Of a DNA stretch of 16,578 bases, positions 7,302-15,457 are shown in pieces (within the stretch, counting starts at the first letter, position 1; every line of letters starts with the position of its first letter). The position numbers and the translations under genes are program-made. Origin of the DNA: an uncultured Nitrososphaerota archaeon (GTDB taxonomy: Archaea; Korarchaeota; Korarchaeia; Korarchaeales; Korarchaeaceae); the NCBI GenBank assembly GCA_964618805.1, contig CAZUBM010000032.1, positions 1 to 16,578 of the forward strand, written 5' to 3'. The notes below the pieces were generated by a model. It was given only the letters and a program-made list of their open reading frames with translations, did no database searches and was not told the origin of the DNA.

Positions 7302-8198
7302 TTGTTGGCCGAAACTAGGGAGGAGGTGAATAAAAAACTTGAAAAACTAGAGAAACTGTATAGATCAGGGAAGATAAGCGAAGATCTCTACAAGGAACTC
7401 AAAGAAAAGTACCTTTCAGAACTTAAATCCAAAGCACCAAGTCCTATCGAGACTCCTCCGAGGCATCGGCTTAGTAAAAAGATCCTTCCTTTGGCTCTTC
7501 TGTTGGTAATTTTAGCGGCTGGAGTTTTTTACTTCGTTAGATCTGGTGTTCCCCAATCCCATGGTGGAGCCTTTCCAAGCCCCTCTCCAGGTCCTGGTTC
7601 CCCTTCGACGCCCAAGCCCTCTTCAACTCAGCCCCCTCAGAGCGGAAAAGCTGTCACGTTTGAGGAGGCCATGGAAATGATGAGTTCAGAGGCATTCAAA
7701 TGGTGCCAAAACTGTTATCCTATCTCGGCTTGGCTACCCCCTCATCCGAGGGCAATTAGTTTCGGTGGAATTGCTCGTGAATGGCATGCAAAGTTTTACT
7801 GTCCAAGCAAAGGGAAAGTAGCTTGGTTCTACTATGTTAATGGAAAGGTTGAAAGAATGGAGCTGGTGGGAAAGAAAGAGTGGGATTGGGACGCTGATTT
7901 CACTCCAGAAGCATTCTCAAAGTCATTACCTGCGATTGAAGTTTATTCAATAGCTTTAGCTGCTGGAGGAAACGAATTTATACTGAACCATCCGGAAAAG
8001 GAGGTCTATCTGAGCATGATAATTGAGAGCAGGGAGGTAGCCAGATGGTATGGGACCCTCTTGCCAGAGGAATACGAGAAGACGAAAGCTCAAAGCATTT
8101 GGAGGGTGGCTTTTCAGATACCCGCCGGAGACGAGTTTTTCGTTTTTATAGATCCCACGACTGGCCATGTTCTCTTCACTAAGACAGCCCATCACTAA
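7302..8198 (+). CDS. Single-pass membrane protein: SHOCT-like N-terminus, TM helix, Pro/Ser linker, external domain
   Basis: KKLEKLEKLYRSGKISEDLYKELKEKY; TM ILPLALLLVILAAGVFYFV; linker PSPSPGPGSPSTPKPSSTQPP; the C-terminal WRVAF...VFIDPTTGHVL is PepSY-like. Confidence 0.82.
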   Translation: MLAETREEVNKKLEKLEKLYRSGKISEDLYKELKEKYLSELKSKAPSPIETPPRHRLSKKILPLALLLVILAAGVFYFVRSGVPQSHGGAFPSPSPGPGSPSTPKPSSTQPPQSGKAVTFEEAMEMMSSEAFKWCQNCYPISAWLPPHPRAISFGGIAREWHAKFYCPSKGKVAWFYYVNGKVERMELVGKKEWDWDADFTPEAFSKSLPAIEVYSIALAAGGNEFILNHPEKEVYLSMIIESREVARWYGTLLPEEYEKTKAQSIWRVAFQIPAGDEFFVFIDPTTGHVLFTKTAHH

Positions 8199-8224
8199 GG
8201 AAATATCATTTTCTAGAGGAAAAG

Positions 8225-8338
8225 GCAGTAGAATACCTCTTGTCTCATCGGATCAAGCTCCACCATGTACGAAGATGATTACAAGATGCTTTCTCAGCAA
8301 CCAGGGATGTAAATGTCCAATAAGGCCCTGTGCTCACC
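8225..8338 (-). pseudogene. Alpha/beta-hydrolase (HGG-type esterase) fragment
   Basis: GEHRALLDIYIPG, frameshift, KHLVIIFVHGGA* and then DK in a shifted frame, matching LDIYxP...VIIFVHGGAWxxGDK. Confidence 0.7.
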
Positions 8339-8351
8339 CCTTAAGCCTCTG

Positions 8352-8598
8352 ATGGCAAGGAACATATTGGTGTCAGACGAGGTTTACGAAGAGCTTAAGA
8401 GGTTAAAGGGACAAGGATAGAGTTTTAATGATGTCATTAAGGAACTCTTAAGATCTAGGAGTGAAATCTGCTTAGTCTGGCAGGGTCTAGAACTATAACC
8501 GAACTGAGGGAGGCGCCAGGCTGCCTTGAGAGTACAAGGGGTTGGGTTCTCTAGCGGATTTAGGAAGGGTAAGGAAGCCGCTGGAAGGGAGCATTTAG
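8352..8598 (+). pseudogene. vapB: Second, degenerate vapB copy without vapC
   Basis: MARNILVSDEVYEELKRLKGQG*SFNDVIKELLRSR / NLLSLAGSRTITE / GARLP*EYK...LADLGRVRKPLEG aligns end to end with 4407..4649; two stops and two frameshifts. Confidence 0.92.
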
Positions 8599-8667
8599 TG
8601 CGATTAGAACGGATCCTTTTTTAACTGCAATAAAAGAAAGGAGATATCGAATCCGAACGGCCTAACG

Positions 8668-9042
8668 AATTACCTTCCCTGATTGGTCTAATAATTCGCC
8701 ATAGGCTTACTTCCCTAAAGAAGCAAGAGAGATGATTTAAGGTAAAAAAGAGAGAGCGCGCTTAAGCCTTAGGTTAACAAAACCGCCTTTTGCCTCGAAA
8801 GAGAGAGCATAAGGGATTGAAGAAAAGTCTAAAGAGCTGGAAATTTGGCTGGCTATCTTATTTGGAGCCTTTTTCAGGATCTTGGCAAGCTTAAAGGCCA
8901 CAGGAGAACCAAAATCCCCTATCTCAAGATTTGGAGTCCTTGATACACTCAACTCTACTTTTGTAGAGTAGAGGCTACTACAGACTTCGAGCAGGGACGA
9001 GGTAAAGACCCTCTTAATCTCTTGGAGGGAGTCTTGAAGCAT
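8668..9042 (-). pseudogene. argS: Truncated argS paralog (N-terminal additional domain only)
   Basis: SRTPNLEIGDFGSPVAFKLAKILKKAPNKIA...SSIPYA...GFVNL versus ArgS SRVPDKKLGDLGSPVAFELAKALRKSPSEIA...SSIPYA...GFVNL. Weak similarity continues past two stops to GKVI at ~8668. Confidence 0.88.
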
Positions 9043-9195
9043 CTTGTGGGAGAGAATTGTGTCAAATTAAATATTGAGGAACAGAAATGGACAACCTTTT
9101 TGCTTGGAAGTGGCAGCGGAATTGAGGGTGTAGAGGGATTGAAAGACATGGGCAAAAACCAACGCTAAATTTCGCTAGACGGCCGTAGTATATAC

Positions 9196-9360
9196 CTAAA
9201 ACGATCCTGCTAGAAGACTCGATATTATCACATGTTCGTTTCCTAGGATCTTTACATCTCTTAATATGTTCTCAATTTCCTCTTTAGAAAAAGAGTTTCA
9301 TCAAAACCTTTTTTCATAGAGCCCTTCTGTCCTTGTTCTGAAGCTATTTATTAGTAATTC
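9196..9360 (-). pseudogene. Possible C-terminal remnant of a class I SAM-dependent methyltransferase
   Basis: LINSFRTRTEGLYEKRF(fs)DETL...FSKEEIENILRDVKIL resembles the GxYxRFDE...SxEEIxxLL tail of YqeM-like methyltransferases. No SAM motif is visible. Confidence 0.3.
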
Positions 9361-9564
9361 AGGTCTCTTCGTGTGTGTCATCTTTGGTCTTAAGATTTAA
9401 GAGTACGCCTTTTCATAAAACGTAATCATGAAGAAGGTTTGAAAATTCGGCTCAATCCTTGCTGAGAAACCATAATGGTTTAGCATTTTTCATGAGGGGT
9501 TAAGGATGGAAAGAATACAGGCTCTTGGACGAGAGACCTTTTTAGCTTCCACAGGATTCTGGAC

Positions 9565-11598
9565 ATGATGCCTGGTACTAGGTATCCTTACACAAAGAAA
9601 GTAAACGTAGTTGAGGTTATTCATGGCGTAGAGATCCAAGATCCCTTTCGATGGCTAGAAGACTTAGATAGTACGGAAGTAAGAAAATGGATTAAGGAGC
9701 AAAATGCCCTGACAATTTCTCTCCTAAACACACTTCCCTGGAGAAAGGAGATACAGGAGGAGCTAATGAGAATATATCAGTCGAAGGTCATTCTATTACC
9801 CGTAATCTGCAAGGAGAGATATTTCTTTTTCACCAGACAGGGTGGACAAAGACATGCCGTTTTGAACATGTCAAAGGGTAAGTTTGACCCAGAGAAGGCG
9901 AGAATTATCTTAGATCCAAATACCTTCAGTGAGGACGGAACGGTAGCTTTAGACTGGTATTACCCTTCCCTAGACGGGAGTTACATTGCTTACGGAAAGT
10001 CCGAAAAAGGGAGCGAAAGAAGTGTTTTACACATACTCAACGTGGATTCAGGAGAGCACTTGCCCGAGACCATACCAAACACTCAGTGGTCTACAGTTGC
10101 TTGGTTAGAGGACTGCTCTGGGTTCTATTACACTTGGAACTCCGACAATGAAAGATATATCCCCAGAGTTCGCTTTCACGAGCTAGGCAGCGATCCCAAG
10201 GAAGACCCATTGATATTTGGGGAAGGTCTACCAGAGGGAATATGGCCAAGCATTTATCCCTCATCCGACGGAAGATACCTCTTCTTGGCAGTAGATGAGG
10301 GGTGGATTAGAAATGACCTTTATGTGGAGGATCTGCGGGAGGATGGTGAGTTTATACCAATTGCTGTGGGGAAAGAAGGAAAGTTCTTTGCAGATGCTAT
10401 TGAAGGCTCGCTAATCATTCAGACGAACTACAAGGCACCAAGGTATCGCATCCTGAAAACATACTTGGATGATCCTAGAGAGGAGAATTGGAGAGAGATA
10501 ATACCTGAAGGGGAAGGGGTGATAAAGAGGTTTCAGATAATAGGAAGGAAGTTAGTTATATCTCTGAAGGAGAATACATATTACAGACTGCTTGTTTATA
10601 CCTTAGAAGGTGAATTCCTGTACGAGATCAAGCTTCCTTCAATTGGCAAGGTTGATTTTACTGGAAGATGGGACAAAGACGAAATGTTCTACATGTTCTC
10701 ATCCTTTGTCTATCCTCCTGCATTATTCAGGTATGACTTAAGCGATCGAAAACAGGAGAAGATCTTTCAGCAAGATGTGAAAATTAGCCCATCTGAATAC
10801 GATACAAAGCTCATTTTCTACAAATCGAAGGATGGGACAAAGGTTCCAATGTATATAATCCATAAAAAGAACGTTAAGCTCAACGGCAACAACCCAACAA
10901 TTTTGAGCGGATACGGTGGGTTTGCATTGGGTAGAGAACCAGCTTTTCTTAAGAGCTTCATTCCATGGCTGTCGAGGGGAGGAGTGTATGCCGTTGCTTG
11001 TATAAGGGGGGGAGACGAATTCGGGGAGGAATGGCACAAGACAGGAATGAGGGATAAAAAACAAAATGTATTCGATGATTTCATAGCAGCTGCCGAGTGG
11101 CTAATCGAAAATAGCTACACAAACCCTAGTAAGCTGGCAGTATGGGGAGCCAGCAATGGAGGACTTTTGGTAGGAGCTGTCCTTACCCAAAGGCCAGATC
11201 TGTTTAAAGCTGTGGTATGCAAGGTTCCGCTACTTGACATGATCCGCTATCACAAGTTCCTGGTTGCTGGCCTTTGGGTCTCAGAATACGGCTCGCCTGA
11301 AGACCCGGAGGAGTTTAAGTGGCTTATCAGCTACTCTCCTTACCACCACGTTGTTGAGGGTCGGACATATCCTGCAGTCTTCTTTAGAGCAGCGGAATCT
11401 GATGGAAGGGTTCACCCTATGCATGCCATGAAAATGGCAGCTAAGATGCAAACATACGGAAAAGGAGGGCCATTTCTCCTTTATGTCGAACCAAAAGCAG
11501 GACATGGCGCGGGTAAACCTTTAGACATGTTCGTTAAAGGAGAAGCTGACTGTCTAGCATTTGTTGTATGGCAGTTGAATCTTCCCTTCCTCAAATGA
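9565..11598 (+). CDS. Prolyl oligopeptidase (peptidase S9A)
   Basis: DPFRWLED N-terminus, GYGGF, RGGDEFGEEWH, catalytic GASNGG, Asp in SDGRV and His in AGHG; 677 aa, no signal peptide. Confidence 0.97.
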   Translation: MMPGTRYPYTKKVNVVEVIHGVEIQDPFRWLEDLDSTEVRKWIKEQNALTISLLNTLPWRKEIQEELMRIYQSKVILLPVICKERYFFFTRQGGQRHAVLNMSKGKFDPEKARIILDPNTFSEDGTVALDWYYPSLDGSYIAYGKSEKGSERSVLHILNVDSGEHLPETIPNTQWSTVAWLEDCSGFYYTWNSDNERYIPRVRFHELGSDPKEDPLIFGEGLPEGIWPSIYPSSDGRYLFLAVDEGWIRNDLYVEDLREDGEFIPIAVGKEGKFFADAIEGSLIIQTNYKAPRYRILKTYLDDPREENWREIIPEGEGVIKRFQIIGRKLVISLKENTYYRLLVYTLEGEFLYEIKLPSIGKVDFTGRWDKDEMFYMFSSFVYPPALFRYDLSDRKQEKIFQQDVKISPSEYDTKLIFYKSKDGTKVPMYIIHKKNVKLNGNNPTILSGYGGFALGREPAFLKSFIPWLSRGGVYAVACIRGGDEFGEEWHKTGMRDKKQNVFDDFIAAAEWLIENSYTNPSKLAVWGASNGGLLVGAVLTQRPDLFKAVVCKVPLLDMIRYHKFLVAGLWVSEYGSPEDPEEFKWLISYSPYHHVVEGRTYPAVFFRAAESDGRVHPMHAMKMAAKMQTYGKGGPFLLYVEPKAGHGAGKPLDMFVKGEADCLAFVVWQLNLPFLK

Positions 11599-12497
11599 TA
11601 GGTATCATGCCGAGAGCATTGGCAAACCAGTGCCAGAGGGCTGAAGGAGCGATTCTTTTAGTCATGTGAAAGAGGTAGCAATTAATTAGTAATCCAAGAG
11701 TGCTTCCAGGTGCATATCTAATGAAATCTATCAGAGAACTTCTAGGCTCGAAGTAGAAGTTAAATAGCATGCTCATAATTATGAAAAAAGTCCAGAAACC
11801 CTTTGAACTCCATCTAAAATATCCTTCTATCCTATTTTGGATTAATCCATTCCAAGCCACGTTTTGAAACATATCCGTAGCATGAAAAAGCATAAATGGA
11901 AGCAAGGATTTTAGAGGAATTCCTAGAGTTTGCGGTTCAGGCGGAGTAGTTATCAGCTTTGAAATTAGGAAATTGAGAGCGTCAATTACTGTAATTCCAA
12001 TTATAGCAGTAGAGAATGCTCATATGATGTCCAAGCGTAGCGAGCATCTATTCCTAAAGCCTAGACTGGTCCAGCCCTCCTTTTTCCAAATTATATCATA
12101 TGCTGTTGAAAGGAAAAACATAGGTCCACCTCCTCATCAAAGAGAGGATCCATTCAGGATCGCCTATCCTTGGAAGCACGATCGCTGCGAGTCCGGTTCC
12201 AGGAAACATCAGAACTACTAAGATGAAGAGATCCAGGATATCCCCACTAGAGTACTCTCTTTCCAGTAAAGGGACCTCTAACTCCCTAAGAATCAATCTT
12301 AGGAGTGAAAGAGAAAAAATAAGCACCACAAAGCTTAGAATGGGATTATTTGAAGGGAGATGTCTGTATAAACGACCCTCAACTATCCTTAACCTTGAGA
12401 TGTAAACTATGAGAAAAGTTATTGTTATTAGAATCAGTATAATTTGCAATTCGGTTGATCCTCTGGATTTAGGCATGGAATCACTCTGGTCATATCC
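11584..12497. repeat. Direct repeat copy B (pairs with 3365-4228)
   Basis: Offset from copy A is 8219 nt before, and 8269 nt after, the 50-bp indel. Confidence 0.97.
11591..12476 (-). pseudogene. CPBP (CAAX protease/Abi)-like membrane protein, copy 2, disrupted
   Basis: ATG 12476 after GAGTGA; frameshift near 12133; TGA 12020-12022; the remaining frame runs to TGA 11591-11593, overlapping the end of the prolyl oligopeptidase gene convergently. Confidence 0.82.
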
Positions 12498-12555
12498 TCC
12501 TTTTGTTTGATTTTTATTTAATAACCTTCCTGTGTTTTAGGAAGAATGTAGATAA

Positions 12556-13296
12556 ATGGTAGGTCCTATGTCGAACTCAGGTTTTCAACCAAAGGAGAAA
12601 TTTGTAGAGTGGAAAATGGAAGTTCCTAGCAAGATTGAAGTAATTGGGGCTTTTTTGGTGTTACTTCCAGTCTCTTTTATGCTTGCTGGATCCAAAGACG
12701 TGCAATTTTTGTTCAAGGGCCCCTTTGATTATCTATGGTTTCTTGTACTCACTTTCATTGTAATATTGCTTCATGAAGGGGTTCACATAGTTGTAATCAA
12801 GGCTCTGGGTCTGGGATATCGTTTGGGGATTGGAGGCTATTATGTTTACGTCACCATAATAGGGGAGATAGACAGATGGAGGTTCTTCTTAATTGCGATC
12901 TCTCCCTTATCCATAAGCCTTCTTCCTTTTGTTTTTCCAAACTGGCCTATTTTGAGAATAATGTCTTTTCTGAACTTTTTAGGCTCTGTTGGTGATATTT
13001 TGATCCTTATGAAGCTTTTAGGGGTCGGAAAAGCTAAAATAGTGGACAGAGGAAGGTTTATAGTTGTCTTATCAGAAAAACCACCAAGAACCTCAATTTT
13101 AGTAAAGAACTTCTTCAGCTCATTCCCATTGTTTATGCTTGCTTCTCTTCTTATAACCCTCATGGTATTACTTAGGCTTGGAGGAGCTTTTGAGATCTCT
13201 CTAATTCCAGATCGTATTTACTTTCTAGCAGCGGACTTTTCAATGGTTTACGCCATCTTAACCCTCTTCTCAGCAAATCATGAAATGCATCTCTAA
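12556..13296 (+). CDS. DUF3267-type membrane zincin metalloprotease
   Basis: TM-embedded LLHEGVH, then IAISPL and NFLGSVGD motifs; multiple TM segments. Confidence 0.8.
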   Translation: MVGPMSNSGFQPKEKFVEWKMEVPSKIEVIGAFLVLLPVSFMLAGSKDVQFLFKGPFDYLWFLVLTFIVILLHEGVHIVVIKALGLGYRLGIGGYYVYVTIIGEIDRWRFFLIAISPLSISLLPFVFPNWPILRIMSFLNFLGSVGDILILMKLLGVGKAKIVDRGRFIVVLSEKPPRTSILVKNFFSSFPLFMLASLLITLMVLLRLGGAFEISLIPDRIYFLAADFSMVYAILTLFSANHEMHL

Positions 13297-13451
13297 TCTT
13301 CTGCAGTAATTTTCCATATCTCTGAGGTTATTAAGAGAAAGATTCGTTAAAAGCTATCATTGGACGATAAACGTCGATCAGAGAGATTCTGCTACACATC
13401 CAAACTTTATAGTAGTAAGAAATATAATGCATCATCTAGTAGGTGAGATTT

Positions 13452-14834
13452 TTGGCCAATAAGTTCGAAAGCTTGGAGAATTTCATTTTTAAGAAGATGT
13501 CTGAAACAAACCTCCCTGGTTTAAGCATAGCCGCTATTGAAGATGAGAATACGGTGTATATAAGGGGATTTGGCTTTAAAGATCTCTTAAGGGGATTGCC
13601 AGCAACCCCAGAAACTCTTTATTGCATAGGCAGTGTTACAAAGTCTTTTACATGCTTGGCTATCATGCAGCTTCAAGAGAAAGGGGCTCTAAGCATTGAG
13701 GATCCCATTGAAGAATATGTTCCGCTAAAGATTAGACCCAAGGGGGAACCTATAAGGATATGGCACTTAATGAGCCATACGAGTGGAATTCCAGCTCTAG
13801 CATATGCTGAGGCTGTTATCAGGCAAGCTACAAAGGCATCTAATGAATGGCTTCCTATATCAAGCTATCAAGATATGATCACGTTTATGGCTGAGGCTGA
13901 CAAATGGGTTCATTCAAAACCAGGGGAGAGATGGTTTTACCTTAATGAAGGCTACATTCTGCTTGGATACATTATAGAAAAAGTATCTGGGGAGAAGTAC
14001 GCTAATTATGTTAAGAAGCATATACTGGAGCCTTTAGGAATGAAAAGGAGTTACTTCCACAAGGAGGAGGTCGAGAGAGATCCTGATGTAGCGGTGCCGT
14101 ACATATTAACGAAGGATGGTGATAAAATAGCCAGCACATATCCTTATGGGGCCATATTAAGCGATGGTGGTCTGATAAGCAATGTCGTTGATATGATAAA
14201 ATATGTAAAAATGTTCATTGATTACGGCAAAACAGATGGAGCAAAGATAGCAAGTGAAGATTCCATTAGAGAAATGATGAAGCCTAGAATACGCCTACCT
14301 TACGAGCCTTTTATAAGCAAAGGCTTCAGATATTACGGATATGGACTTGGAATAAAGCCAGATTTCTTTGGTTATAACCTCATAGGTCATGGGGGAAGCG
14401 TTCTCGTATCGACCGCTTACATGGGATTCGTTCCAGAAAGAAGGATAGGGGTAGTGATACTTGCTAATGGAAGTGGCTATCCTTTGAGCTATATAGGAGA
14501 ATACGCTTTGGCCCTTATGCTGGGAAGGGATCCCAAGGAATTATCAATTATAAAATATGAGGAAATCTTAGATGAGCTTACGGGAATTTATGAGACCTAC
14601 AGAGGCACGATGAGGGTCACAGTGACCAAGAGAGGGAGCCTATTACAGATAGAGAGAAGAGACAGATACACAGAGTTTACGTTACCCTTAATACCTGCAG
14701 ACATAGACGGAGAGACAAAAGTATTTCACGCTATATCCATGGATATGAAGGTACCTGCTGAGTTTATTATGGAGAATGGGGATCTCTTCTTGATTTATGA
14801 GAGATACAAGTTGAAGAAAGTTGGAAAAATCTGA
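13452..14834 (+). CDS. Beta-lactamase-fold serine peptidase (S12), Pab87/CubicO-like
   Basis: SVTK, YLN and HGG motifs, LMSHTSG, and a C-terminal beta domain (LTGIYETYRG...LIYERYKL) like the Pab87 octamerisation domain. Probable TTG start at 13452 after GGTGA; the track starts at 13443. Confidence 0.92.
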   Translation: MANKFESLENFIFKKMSETNLPGLSIAAIEDENTVYIRGFGFKDLLRGLPATPETLYCIGSVTKSFTCLAIMQLQEKGALSIEDPIEEYVPLKIRPKGEPIRIWHLMSHTSGIPALAYAEAVIRQATKASNEWLPISSYQDMITFMAEADKWVHSKPGERWFYLNEGYILLGYIIEKVSGEKYANYVKKHILEPLGMKRSYFHKEEVERDPDVAVPYILTKDGDKIASTYPYGAILSDGGLISNVVDMIKYVKMFIDYGKTDGAKIASEDSIREMMKPRIRLPYEPFISKGFRYYGYGLGIKPDFFGYNLIGHGGSVLVSTAYMGFVPERRIGVVILANGSGYPLSYIGEYALALMLGRDPKELSIIKYEEILDELTGIYETYRGTMRVTVTKRGSLLQIERRDRYTEFTLPLIPADIDGETKVFHAISMDMKVPAEFIMENGDLFLIYERYKLKKVGKI

Positions 14835-14902
14835 TTGGTCTTGGCTATCTCAACCTGTCCACAACGAAACTCTTATTTTATTCAAAATCCAAGCTCCAGA
14901 AG

Positions 14903-15370
14903 ATGAACGAAGAGCTGACAAGAAGGATGATGAAGAAATTTGGTTTTCAAGGAGAGATAATCCCTCATGAAGCTAGTGGAAGGACCAGTGAGGATGCAGC
15001 AAAAGCTTTAGGAGTTCCAGTTCGGAGGATCGTCAAATCTCTGCTCTTTAGGTCAAAGGACGGCTCATACATTGGTGCTATTTTGTTAGGCACATCTAAG
15101 GCAGATGTTAGAAGGCTTGAGAGGATATCTGGCTTGAAGAAGCTTAGACTAGCAAGGAAAGAGGAAGTTCTTGCTTTTACCGGATTTAAAGCCGGAGGAG
15201 TTCCTCCCATAGCCTTTAAAGGAAAGTGTCAAGTGTTCGTTGACGAAGAAGTCTTCTCTCTCGATTGGGTAATTGGAGCTGGAGGAACAGAATACTCAGG
15301 ACTTAAGTTTAAACCCTCTGAACTCTTGAAGCTTGGGTATAGGAGGGAGAAAATAGCTAAAAACGAATAA
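14903..15370 (+). CDS. YbaK/EbsC family aminoacyl-tRNA deacylase (trans-editing)
   Basis: TSEDAAKALGV, IVKSLLF (conserved Lys), TGFKAGGVPP, VFVDE and GAG. Confidence 0.92.
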   Translation: MNEELTRRMMKKFGFQGEIIPHEASGRTSEDAAKALGVPVRRIVKSLLFRSKDGSYIGAILLGTSKADVRRLERISGLKKLRLARKEEVLAFTGFKAGGVPPIAFKGKCQVFVDEEVFSLDWVIGAGGTEYSGLKFKPSELLKLGYRREKIAKNE

Positions 15371-15457
15371 GTACAGGAACCTTCATCAGAACATGAGCTA
15401 ATAGCATGATATTGGAGAAAGTTTATAGATCTTAAGCAGCTGATTCGTCTCCCAGAT

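Noticed and set aside
4741-8352. ORFs 4741..5001, 6567..6752, 6731..7066, 7031..7213, 7956..8195 and 8167..8352
   Set aside because: Antisense to better-supported genes or remnants, or short with no protein-like signal.
8955-9168. ORF 8955..9155 (-) and the open plus-strand frame ending at 9168
   Set aside because: Overlaps the argS remnant; no recognisable family in either direction.
1156-12022. Stop-codon recoding or an alternative genetic code (TAG/TGA at Trp-like positions in DUF3795, CPBP and the esterase)
   Set aside because: Each case co-occurs with frameshifts, and intact genes use TGG for Trp and end at TGA/TAG. Ordinary G-to-A nonsense mutations explain it.
12434-12493. 19-codon ORF starting ATG ACC upstream of both CPBP copies (also 4165-4224) as a leader or RiPP precursor peptide
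   Set aside because: It overlaps the main gene in another frame and its conservation is explained by the duplication. No maturation enzymes are nearby.
3365-12497. The two ~0.9-kb repeats as IS copies flanking a composite transposon or as att sites
   Set aside because: They encode a membrane protein; no transposase, integrase, terminal inverted repeats or target-site duplication was seen.
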